This document shows positions 48,060 to 56,897 of a stretch of 64,000 nt of DNA, in pieces (the stretch's first letter is position 1; each line of letters begins with the position of its first letter). Under the pieces are notes generated by a model, which was given only the letters and a program-made list of their open reading frames with translations, had not been told where the DNA came from and searched no databases. The DNA is from an uncultured delta proteobacterium (lineage in GTDB: Bacteria > Myxococcota > Kuafuiibacteriia > Kuafuiibacteriales > Kuafuiibacteriaceae), in NCBI GenBank assembly GCA_963803435.1, contig CAWDML010000002.1, positions 192,001 through 256,000 of the forward strand, read 5' to 3'. The position numbers were made by a program, and so were the translations under genes.

Positions 48060-50633
48060 GTGCTCACCCTGCTCAGGGAGGTCTCGCTCCGCCACTTCCG
48101 GCACGCGCCGCTACGCACGCTGCTGGTGATCTCCGGGATCGCGCTCGGCGTCTCGATGCTGATCGCGACCACCATGGTCAACCGCAGCATGGTCGGCGCG
48201 TTCACCGAGTCGGTCGGGCGCGTCGTCGGCAAGGCCGATCTCGTGATCACCGGTGGCGACGTCGGCGTCTCCTCCGATCTGGTGGAGGAGATCCGCGGCG
48301 TCGGCGGCGTCGCGCACGTCGCCGGCGCGCTCGAGATCGTGACGCGGCGTCCCGGCGGGGACGGGCCGCTCCTGGTGCTCGGCGTCGACCTGGTGGGCGA
48401 CCCGCACTTCCTCCCGATCGTGTCGGCGGATGACAGCGCGGACTGGGTCGAGGATCCGCTGGAGCTGGTCAACGACCCGTCGGGCATCCTCGTCTCCGAG
48501 CGGCTCGCGCGCGACGAGCACCTGTCGGTGGGCGGGACGATCGATCTGATCACCAGCGAGGGACAGAAGCCCTTCACCGTGCGCGGCCTGCTGGCGGACT
48601 CGGGGCCGCTCGCCTCCTTCGGAGGTCAGGTCGCGGTGATGTTCCTCGACGCCGCCCAGGTCTCCTTCGGTCGCGGCGATCGCGTCGATCGCATCGACGT
48701 GGCGCTGGCGCCCGGCGCACCGCTTTTGCAGGTGCAAGCCGAGCTGCAGGCGCTCCTCGCTGGACGCGGTCAGGTCGAGGAGCCCAAGGGCCGCACGCAG
48801 CACCTCAAGGCGATGCTGGCTCCGCTCGAGTCCGGCGTCGAAGTGGCCGGCTTCATCGCGCTCATGGTCGGCATGTTCCTCATCTACAACGCGGTCAGCG
48901 TGGCGGTGAGCGAGCGGCGCCGCGAGATCGGCGTGCTCCGGGCGCTCGGCGTGGAGCGGCGCCGGGCCGTCCTCGCCTTCTGCCTGGAGGCGGGGCTGCT
49001 GGGCGCGGTCGGCGGGGCCGTCGGCCTGCTGTTCGCGAGCGGCCTGGCCAGGTCCGCGCTGCGCGAGACGGCCGCCAACGTGAGTCAGTTCTACGCACCG
49101 ATCCGCCCGCCGGTACCGGTGCTCACGCTCGATCTGTCGCTGTACGGCATCGCCGCCGGGATCCTGATCGCGGTGGCGGCGGCGTACCTTCCCGCCCGGC
49201 GGGCCGCCGAGGTCGATCCGGTGGAGGCGCTCCGCCGCTCGCGGGGCGCCATCCTGCTCCCGCGCCGGCTGCCACACCTCAAGATGCTGAGCGCGGGCCT
49301 CCTGCTGGTCCCGCTGGCGGCCGGCGCCACCTGGCTGGGGTACGAGGATCTGTTCTTCGCGTTCGTCGCGCTCGGCCTGGTGATCGTGGCCGGCGTGCTG
49401 GCGCTGCCGAGCTTCGTGGTGCTCCTGTGCGCGCTCCTGGCGCGCCCGTTCGAGTCGGTGCTCGGCATCCCCGGGAAGCTAGCGATCGACAACGTGGAGC
49501 GCTCGCTGGAGCGGAGCGTGCTGACGGTGGCGGCGTTGGCGGTGGCGGTGGCCTCGAGCGTGGCGATCTCGAGCTGGGGCGGATCGCTCGAGGCCTCGAT
49601 GATGGAGTGGCTGGATCAGATGGTCCCGGCCGACATCCTGATCACGGCCGGCTCGCCGTTCGCCGATCAGCACAACGTCCCCTTTCTGCCCTCGATGGCC
49701 GACAAGCTCGAGGGCATCCCGGGCATCCGCGGGATCCAGCGCGCGCGGCTCCTCAACCAGGAGATCGGGCCGCACCGAATCCAGCTGCTGGCGCTGGAGA
49801 CGGGCGCCTACTTCCAGCAGCAGCGGCGCCGCGGCCGCTACATCCGGTTCGTCGCGGGCGGTCCCATCACCGCCGAGGCGATGAAGTCGGCGCCGCGCAT
49901 CCTGCTCTCGGAGACCGCGGCCCTGCGGTTGAAGAAGAAGATGGGCGACCCGGTCGAGCTCTCCACGCCCACCGGGACCCATACGTTCGAGGTGGTCGGC
50001 CTCTTCGTCGATTACACCTCGGATCAGGGGCTCGGCTTCATCGATCGGAGCTGGTTCGACCGCTTCTGGCAGGACGATCTGATCGACAATCTGGACCTGT
50101 ATCTCCAGGACGGTGCGCCGGTCGACATGGTGGTGGCGGAGGTCCGCCGGCGCTTCGGCGGTGATCGATCGATCTTCGTCACGCCGTCCTCGCAGCTCAG
50201 GGGGGAGATCAAGAAGATCCTTCTGCAGTCCATGGCGGTGCTCCAGTCGACCGAGCTGATCACGCTGATCGTGGCGATCTTGGGCGTGATGGGGACGATG
50301 CTGGCGGCGGTGCTCGATCGGATCCGTGAGATCGGCGTCCTGAGGGCGGTCGGCGCCACCCGGCGGCAGGTCGCGACGTCCGTGGTCACCGAGTCCGGTT
50401 TCATCGGCCTCACGTCCGCGCTCGCCGGTCTCCTGCTCGGAATACCCATGGGTTTGGTGTTCGTGCACGCGATCGGGATGTCGTCGACCGGATGGCGCGT
50501 CGACTACCAGTTTCCGGCGATCGCTGCGCTCCGCGTGATGACGCTGGTGGTGACCACCGCGATGCTGGCCGGACTGCTGCCGGGACGGCGCGCCGCCCGC
50601 ATGAACGTCACGGACGCTCTGGCCTACGAGTGA
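48060..50633 (+). CDS. ABC transporter permease (duplicated FtsX/MacB type)
   Basis: RTLLVISGIALGV; ERRREIGVLRALG and DRIREIGVLRAVG. Confidence 0.92.
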   Translation: MLTLLREVSLRHFRHAPLRTLLVISGIALGVSMLIATTMVNRSMVGAFTESVGRVVGKADLVITGGDVGVSSDLVEEIRGVGGVAHVAGALEIVTRRPGGDGPLLVLGVDLVGDPHFLPIVSADDSADWVEDPLELVNDPSGILVSERLARDEHLSVGGTIDLITSEGQKPFTVRGLLADSGPLASFGGQVAVMFLDAAQVSFGRGDRVDRIDVALAPGAPLLQVQAELQALLAGRGQVEEPKGRTQHLKAMLAPLESGVEVAGFIALMVGMFLIYNAVSVAVSERRREIGVLRALGVERRRAVLAFCLEAGLLGAVGGAVGLLFASGLARSALRETAANVSQFYAPIRPPVPVLTLDLSLYGIAAGILIAVAAAYLPARRAAEVDPVEALRRSRGAILLPRRLPHLKMLSAGLLLVPLAAGATWLGYEDLFFAFVALGLVIVAGVLALPSFVVLLCALLARPFESVLGIPGKLAIDNVERSLERSVLTVAALAVAVASSVAISSWGGSLEASMMEWLDQMVPADILITAGSPFADQHNVPFLPSMADKLEGIPGIRGIQRARLLNQEIGPHRIQLLALETGAYFQQQRRRGRYIRFVAGGPITAEAMKSAPRILLSETAALRLKKKMGDPVELSTPTGTHTFEVVGLFVDYTSDQGLGFIDRSWFDRFWQDDLIDNLDLYLQDGAPVDMVVAEVRRRFGGDRSIFVTPSSQLRGEIKKILLQSMAVLQSTELITLIVAILGVMGTMLAAVLDRIREIGVLRAVGATRRQVATSVVTESGFIGLTSALAGLLLGIPMGLVFVHAIGMSSTGWRVDYQFPAIAALRVMTLVVTTAMLAGLLPGRRAARMNVTDALAYE

Positions 50634-50657
50634 CCGCGTCGGCGGCGGTCAAAAGCG

Positions 50658-52988
50658 TTGCGCGAGGGGTGGGACTGGGGCAGCTTGCGCCCGTTGATCG
50701 CCTCGTCCGGGAACCCTCTGCTCGCGCGGATCTTCCGTGGTGTCATCGCGTGGCGCTGGCCGATCGTGATCTTCTGGATCCTGGTCACCATCCCGGCCGG
50801 CTGGTACGCCGCCAAGGTCGAGAACGACAGCTCCCTCGATCGGATCATCGTCCCCAGCGATCCCGACTTTCTCGCGACGCAGCGGTTCCAGCAGGTGTTC
50901 GGGCGCGCCGAGTTCGCGGTGCTGCTGCTCGAGTCGAAGGATCCGCTCGACGCAGCGGTGGTGGCGAAGCAGGACGCGCTCGAGCGCGCGCTCGTCCAGA
51001 TCCCGCACCTCTCGATCAGCTCCGTCCTCACCTCCTACCGTGAGGCCTACGGCGGCTTCGAGCCCACCCCGGAGGGCACAGCCAAGTTTCAGAAGTTCGC
51101 TCGTGGCACCGACCTGTTCCGGAAGCAGGGGCTGATCGGGGACCAGTTCGCGATGGTCGGCCTCCTCCTCAGCGTCTCCAGCCGCGAGGAGCGCTCCGAG
51201 GTGATCGACGCCGTGGAGCTGGCGCTCCAGCAGGTCGGGACCGGCGCACCGTTAGATGCCGTGCGCCGCGTCGGCCAGCCGTACGTCAACATCTACTTCG
51301 ACCAGGCCACCAAGACCTCGGGGCCGATCCACTTCGGCCTGTTCGGGATCTTCGTGATCATCCTGGTGAGCACGCTCTACCGGTCCTTCCGCACGCTGAT
51401 CGCCTTCCTGCTCACGCTCGGCGTCTCGGTGTCCCTGGTGGTCGGCTACATCGGCCTGACGGGCGGTATGTTCACCATCGTCTCGCCGATGGTGCCGATG
51501 ACGATCCTGATCACGACGACGGCGACGCTCGTCTATCTGCATTCGCGCTTCGCAGAGCGCCCCGCGTCGGTGCCGATCGACGAGCATCAGATCTTCGCCC
51601 TCTGCAACAAGTTCCTCGCCTGCACCGCTTCGATCTTCGCGGCGATCGTCGGCTTCGGCGCGCTGGCGGTCTCCGACATCCGGCCGATCCGGGAGATGGG
51701 GATCTGGGTGGCGGTCGGTCTGTTAGGGACCTGGGTCGTGGTGTTCACGCTGTTCCCGGGCTTGCAGAAGATCCTGAGGACGCCCACCCAGCTCGAGCGG
51801 GGCGTGGCCGCACCCTGGTTCCGGCGCTTCGCCGCGTGGCTGCCCGGGTTCACGTACCGCTGGCGCTGGCCGCTGGTGCTCGCCGCGTTCGGGCTCTCGG
51901 TCGCAGGCTTCATCGCGATCTTCGGCCTCGGTCCGATCGAACCGATGCGTCCGCTCATCGAGCCGGTCGAGTACGTGAGCCGCGACGTCCCGCTCTACCA
52001 GGATACGCAGCGCGCGCGGGCGCTCCTGCCGGGCCTGGGTCTCACGCACGTCTGGCTTCACGGCAAGGACATCGACATCTCCGATCCTGAGGTCCTCGAG
52101 GGCCTCCACGCGTTCGAGGAGGGCCTCGCCGGTGACCGGGAGGTGGGCGCAGTCATCGGCATCCCCACCGTCCTGCGGCTGGTGCGATACGCAAAGCAGG
52201 GCAACGATCAGTGGCCGTCGGAGGGGGAGGGGACCGAGGCGATCGAGGGCGCGTTCGAGGATCTCATGCTGCGGGCGCCCGGCCAGCTCCACCGGTTCGT
52301 CGACCGATCGCTCACGGACACGCAGCTCACGGTCCTGAGCCCGGCGATCGAGCACGAGAGCTTCCAGCGGCTGCACGATCGGATCCGCCACCACTGGAAC
52401 GAGACGGTGCAGGCGCACCCGGAGCTGGCGAAGTTCGAGCTGCTCACCGTCGGGCTGGGACCGCTCCAGGCGAAGATGAGCGAGAGCCTGGTGCCCACGC
52501 TGGTGGAGAGCTTCCTGCTCACCGCGGGGATCATCTTTCTCACGTTCCTGCTGGTGTTCCGCAGCGGGGCTGCGCGCATCATGACGATGGTCCCGTCGCT
52601 GTTCGCGATCCTGGTGATGTTCCTGACGATGCGAAACGTGGGGATGGATCTGAACATCGCCACCATCCTGATCGCATCGACCGTCCTCGGTACCTCCGAG
52701 AACGATCAGATCCACTTCTTCTATCACTTCCTCGAGGGACGAAAGACGGGCACGGTCTCTCAAGCGCTCGAGCACACGTTCCTGATCTCGGGCCGTGCGA
52801 TCTTCTTCGCGACCATCATCAACGCCGGCGGCTTCCTGGCCTTCGCAATGTCCGAGATGCGGCCGATGCAGCAGTTCGGGATTCTCACGGCGACCGCGCT
52901 GCTCCTCTCGATGATCGCCGACTTCTCCGCGCTGCCGGCGACGCTCTGGATCATCTTCCGCGAGAAACCGGACGAGAAACGGACCTGA
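50658..52988 (+). CDS. MMPL/RND family transporter
   Basis: Two halves of TM + periplasmic loop + 5 TM; SDIRPIREMG, GRAIFFATIINAGGF. Confidence 0.88.
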   Translation: MREGWDWGSLRPLIASSGNPLLARIFRGVIAWRWPIVIFWILVTIPAGWYAAKVENDSSLDRIIVPSDPDFLATQRFQQVFGRAEFAVLLLESKDPLDAAVVAKQDALERALVQIPHLSISSVLTSYREAYGGFEPTPEGTAKFQKFARGTDLFRKQGLIGDQFAMVGLLLSVSSREERSEVIDAVELALQQVGTGAPLDAVRRVGQPYVNIYFDQATKTSGPIHFGLFGIFVIILVSTLYRSFRTLIAFLLTLGVSVSLVVGYIGLTGGMFTIVSPMVPMTILITTTATLVYLHSRFAERPASVPIDEHQIFALCNKFLACTASIFAAIVGFGALAVSDIRPIREMGIWVAVGLLGTWVVVFTLFPGLQKILRTPTQLERGVAAPWFRRFAAWLPGFTYRWRWPLVLAAFGLSVAGFIAIFGLGPIEPMRPLIEPVEYVSRDVPLYQDTQRARALLPGLGLTHVWLHGKDIDISDPEVLEGLHAFEEGLAGDREVGAVIGIPTVLRLVRYAKQGNDQWPSEGEGTEAIEGAFEDLMLRAPGQLHRFVDRSLTDTQLTVLSPAIEHESFQRLHDRIRHHWNETVQAHPELAKFELLTVGLGPLQAKMSESLVPTLVESFLLTAGIIFLTFLLVFRSGAARIMTMVPSLFAILVMFLTMRNVGMDLNIATILIASTVLGTSENDQIHFFYHFLEGRKTGTVSQALEHTFLISGRAIFFATIINAGGFLAFAMSEMRPMQQFGILTATALLLSMIADFSALPATLWIIFREKPDEKRT

Positions 52989-53060
52989 GCGCGGGTCGCA
53001 CATCGCCTTACAGCGCGAGGCAGGCGACATTTTTCGAATTCCTCCGATAACCGCGGAGGG

Positions 53061-53294
53061 GTGTGCGTCCGAAGACATCCGATCCCGACGCGAAGGGTGG
53101 CGGCGCTGGCGCTCGCCCTGAAGCGCGGAGATCTGTCCGAGGCTCAGGCGATCGAGGGGTTCGTGGCGCTGGTGGTCACGAAGGGCAAGGCTCGCGTGCG
53201 CGTCGCCGGCGTGATCGCGAAGGAGGCCCGGACCTCGGCCCGCTTCGCGGCGCTCTTCGAGCGGCTCGCGTTCACCTCTCAGCCCGGCTCTTGA
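53061..53294 (+). CDS. Small hypothetical protein
   Basis: 77-aa helical ORF filling the gap; start uncertain. Confidence 0.4.
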   Translation: MCVRRHPIPTRRVAALALALKRGDLSEAQAIEGFVALVVTKGKARVRVAGVIAKEARTSARFAALFERLAFTSQPGS

Positions 53295-55173
53295 GCACGT
53301 TCTCCCGGTGGTGGTCGCGCATTCCCGGGACCTCTGCTGCGCGGGGCAGCGGGACGGCGTCTGGTTCCTCGGCCGGGTCGGCCAGGCGGTCGAGGTACTC
53401 GAGATCGGCCCGCGCGATGGAGCGCGCGGCGGCGCGATCGAGCCGGGGGCCGTGGCCGGGGATCACCAGGTCGAGCGATTCGAGGAGCTCGATGAGCCGG
53501 CGCAGCGTGGCGCGGTAGGCGTCGAGGTCGTCCACGAACGGGATCTCCTCCGGCGAGAGGTAGTCGCCCGCAATCAGGAGGCCGCGGTCGGGGATCACGA
53601 GGCCCAGGCCGTCGGGGCTGTGGCCGGGCAGGTGGATCGCTTCGATCGCGGCGCCGCCGAGATCGAGCCGGGCCCCCGGAGTGAGCGGGCGGATCCGCGC
53701 CGGCCATCCGAGCGGCTCCGGCCGTTCGACGTACCAGCGGCCGTCGAACTGTCTCGCCCCGTCGAGATCCTCCCGGGCGCGCTCGCTTCCCGAGGCGACC
53801 GCCTCGGCGAGGTCGGGGCTCCCGAGCACCTCGGCGCCGGGGAACGTGCGCCAGCCGATCACGTGATCCCAGTGGCCGTGGGTGAAGACGACGGCGTCGA
53901 CGCGGCCATGGGCGCGAGCGCGCTCGGCGAGCGCGGAGAGCTCGCGGGGGAAGTAGCCGGGATCGACCGCCAGGGCGCGCCCGCCGCGGGAGAGGAGCAC
54001 GCTGCTCAGCTTCCAGATGCCGCTGGTGAACACCTCCACCGCGAGCGCCTTCGACGGCCCCGGTCGTGGGGCGGGCGGGACGGTCCTCGCCAGCGCCTCG
54101 GTGCCGACGGCGCTGGCGAGCATCCGCTCCTTACGATCGGAGAGGAGGCGCTGCGTCCAGTCGAGGAAGCCGCCGTCGCCGATGGCTCTCCGCTGTGCGC
54201 CGATCACCAGCTTGAAGGTGGGCCCACAGTAGTAGCTGAGCGCGTGGAGGCGCCCGAGATCGAACGCCAGCTCGGCGCCCGGATGGCGCTCCGCCAGCGG
54301 GCCGAAGACCTCGGCCTCCAGCTTCCTCAGGCGCGGTAGGAACGGCGCACCGGCAGGCTCGCGCTCGAGGTCGTCGAGCGAGCGTGGAACGATCACGCCT
54401 GCGTCCGCGAGCAGACGCTCGCCCGACCCGGGACGGTGGCCGCGCACCGCTTCGGCCACGGCGATCGGATCGACGCCGCGCGCCTCGATCAGCGCGCGGA
54501 CCACGCGGGTGTCGCTCACCTCCACACGAACAGGTCCGATCGGGTGACCATCGGCGGCGAGCGCCGCGAAGAAATGCAGCCAGGCGTCGAGATGTGCGAG
54601 GAGCTCCTCGCGCTCGAAGCGCTCGTCGCCGGTGTCACGCCCGGCGCTCGCCAGCGTGAAGATGCGAAAGTGCGGAGTGTAGCCGGGGACGTCGAAGGGC
54701 TGGAGCCGGACCACGCGCTGGCTGCTGGCGAGACGCACGATCTGGTCGCGCGCCCGCCTGCGGCGCCGCCCGCTCTCGAGGGCCTGGGCGATGGTCGGAT
54801 CGCCCGCGACCTCGGCCTGACGCGCCCCCGCCAGCACATTGTTCGGATCGATCCCGGTGGAGCTCGCCGCGCCGAGCGGCATCAATGGAGAGAGATCGAT
54901 CGCCTCGAAACGCGACGCCGAGGCGAACGCCTGGCGATCGATCTCCAGGAGCGCGCGGGCATCGCAGGAGGAGGGCTGCAGCATCGGCGTCTGCTCGCTT
55001 CGCGCGGCGATGTCGGGCAGGTCGCGCTCGAGTGCGATGCGCCGGAGCGCGTGCATGACGACCGAGCTCAGCTCGCTGGGTGTGAGCGTCTCGAGCGCAT
55101 CGATCAGGCCCGGGTGTCCGCGCGAGGCCGCGATGTGACGCGCGATCTCGGCGGTTCGATCTCCCTCGGTCAC
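53272..55173 (-). CDS. Class II aminoacyl-tRNA-synthetase-like domain fused to an MBL-fold hydrolase
   Basis: RVVRLQPF..YTPHFRIF, YYCGPTF, GDGGFLDW..SAVGTE; then FTHGHWDH, PGHSPD, AGD, PGHG. Confidence 0.72.
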   Translation of the reverse strand: MTEGDRTAEIARHIAASRGHPGLIDALETLTPSELSSVVMHALRRIALERDLPDIAARSEQTPMLQPSSCDARALLEIDRQAFASASRFEAIDLSPLMPLGAASSTGIDPNNVLAGARQAEVAGDPTIAQALESGRRRRRARDQIVRLASSQRVVRLQPFDVPGYTPHFRIFTLASAGRDTGDERFEREELLAHLDAWLHFFAALAADGHPIGPVRVEVSDTRVVRALIEARGVDPIAVAEAVRGHRPGSGERLLADAGVIVPRSLDDLEREPAGAPFLPRLRKLEAEVFGPLAERHPGAELAFDLGRLHALSYYCGPTFKLVIGAQRRAIGDGGFLDWTQRLLSDRKERMLASAVGTEALARTVPPAPRPGPSKALAVEVFTSGIWKLSSVLLSRGGRALAVDPGYFPRELSALAERARAHGRVDAVVFTHGHWDHVIGWRTFPGAEVLGSPDLAEAVASGSERAREDLDGARQFDGRWYVERPEPLGWPARIRPLTPGARLDLGGAAIEAIHLPGHSPDGLGLVIPDRGLLIAGDYLSPEEIPFVDDLDAYRATLRRLIELLESLDLVIPGHGPRLDRAAARSIARADLEYLDRLADPAEEPDAVPLPRAAEVPGMRDHHRENVLKSRAER

Positions 55174-55279
55174 CCGGGCGCCATAGCACCCTCGCTCGAA
55201 TCTTGTCCGCAAGATCGGCGGCTGCATTGCGCCGGCGCGACGGCATTGCGCTCCTTTTTGAGCTACGCTTCCGCGGCGG

Positions 55280-56215
55280 ATGAAGCAGAGAAGGATCGGC
55301 TTGGTGCTCGGTGCAGGAGGTCCGGTGGGTCACGCGTTTCACGCGGGTCTCCTCTCGGCGATCGAATCGTCGCTCGGATGGGATCCGCGCGACGCACACG
55401 TCGTGGTGGGAACCTCCGCCGGCGCGCAGGTCGGTGCCCTCCTGCGCGCCGGAATGAGCGCGCAAGATCTCGAGGCGCGCGTCACGGGGGCTGCGATGAC
55501 GGACGAGGGCGTTGCGATCGCGCAGCACTACGTTCGGCCGCCGTACGTCCCGCACGAAGATCATCCGCGGCGCTTCCGGCCTCTTTCGCCTGCGTACCTG
55601 CTCCGCCACCTGGCCCGTCCCTGGGAGGCGCGGGTCGGCCGGCTGGTCGCCGCGTTGCTCCCGCCCGGACGGGTCAGCCTCACGCCCCAGGCCGAGGGGC
55701 TGCAGCGGCTGTTCGGCGAGCGCTGGCCGGCGAGCCCCTTGTGGATCACCGCCGTCGCGATGTCGCGGGGCGAGCTGGTGGCGTTCGGACGTCCAGGCGC
55801 GCCCGCCACGGACGTGGGCACCGCCGTGACCTGCTCGGGCGCCGTCCCCTCGGTGGTGGCGCCGGTCCGGGTCGGCGACGAGCACTACGTCGACGGCGCC
55901 GTGGCCAGCACCACGAACCTCCACCTCATGGAGGCCGCCGAGGTGGACGCGGTCATCGTCAGCTCTCCGCTGTCGCGCATGCCGCTGATCCGCTGGTTGT
56001 TCCGCCGCGAGGTGGCCCGGCTCTCGCGGCGCGGGATCCAGGTCCTCGCGTTCGAGCCGGATGGCCCCGTCGTCCGGGCGATGGGCCTCAACCCGATGCG
56101 GCTCGAGCGCTCGGCCGCCGTCGCCCTGGCGGCCCGGGCTTCGGTGCTCGCGCAGCTCGAGGATCACCCGCTGCGCCGACTCCTCCGTCCATCGAAGATC
56201 TGCGGAGCAGCCTGA
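55280..56215 (+). CDS. Patatin-like phospholipase
   Basis: LVLGAGG, GTSAGA, YVDGA. Confidence 0.9.
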   Translation: MKQRRIGLVLGAGGPVGHAFHAGLLSAIESSLGWDPRDAHVVVGTSAGAQVGALLRAGMSAQDLEARVTGAAMTDEGVAIAQHYVRPPYVPHEDHPRRFRPLSPAYLLRHLARPWEARVGRLVAALLPPGRVSLTPQAEGLQRLFGERWPASPLWITAVAMSRGELVAFGRPGAPATDVGTAVTCSGAVPSVVAPVRVGDEHYVDGAVASTTNLHLMEAAEVDAVIVSSPLSRMPLIRWLFRREVARLSRRGIQVLAFEPDGPVVRAMGLNPMRLERSAAVALAARASVLAQLEDHPLRRLLRPSKICGAA

Positions 56216-56573
56216 AGCGAATGTCGCGACGTCGCGCGCATCCTGTGGTGCGCGTGCGCCGGTACACGACCCGCAGCGCGCTTCCAGCGTGGTGCCGCGG
56301 TGAAGCGCTCCCCATCGAGATCGGCGTGCATCTGGTCCGCGCCGCGCTCCGGGCGCAGGTGCGCGCTCGGGCCGGGCGAGCGGACCGCGCGTTCGCCGCG
56401 CTCCCTGGCTGGGGGCCGCCGCGCTCGGCTTTGCCGCCGGAGGCCTCCTGTCGACGGGTCCTGCTCGGGTCGAGCTGAGGCGAGGCGCCGCAGGGGGGGC
56501 ATCGCGCGCAGCGGTCGCGTGTAACTTCGGCGCGCCGCCGGCCGGTCTCAGGTTTGCTTCGATCACCGTAGAG

Positions 56574-56897
56574 ATGCTGACGCAAGCAGCCGGCTCTGCG
56601 TGGACCCCGCGCGCCGACGTGTACCGCACCGCGACCGGATGGCTGATCAAGCTCGATCTGGCGGGTGTGGCGAGCAGCGATCTCGAGGTGGTGCTCGACG
56701 GCCGCATTCTCCGCGTCATGGGGGTGCGCCGCGATCGCAATGTGCTCGTGGGGCTGGTGCCGTACGCGATCGAGATCTCGTACAGCCGCTTCGAGCGGGT
56801 CTTCGAGCTCCCCGAGCGTGCCGAGCAGGTATCGGTGTCGACCGAGCACGACCGCGGGATGGTCCTGATCCGGCTGGAGGAGGCACGCGATGGCTGA
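56574..56897 (+). CDS. Hsp20/alpha-crystallin small heat-shock protein
   Basis: WTPRADVY..DLAGV, EISYSRFERVFELP, GMVLIRL. Confidence 0.88.
   Translation: MLTQAAGSAWTPRADVYRTATGWLIKLDLAGVASSDLEVVLDGRILRVMGVRRDRNVLVGLVPYAIEISYSRFERVFELPERAEQVSVSTEHDRGMVLIRLEEARDG

Noticed and set aside
56221-56478. 85-aa ORF between patatin and hsp20
   Set aside because: Arg-rich, no RBS or motif; cannot be told apart from chance.
56519-56550. ECF/sigmaE-like promoter (TAACTT...TCTCA) before hsp20-lon
   Set aside because: Spacer of 18 nt is longer than the usual 16-17; too weak to call.
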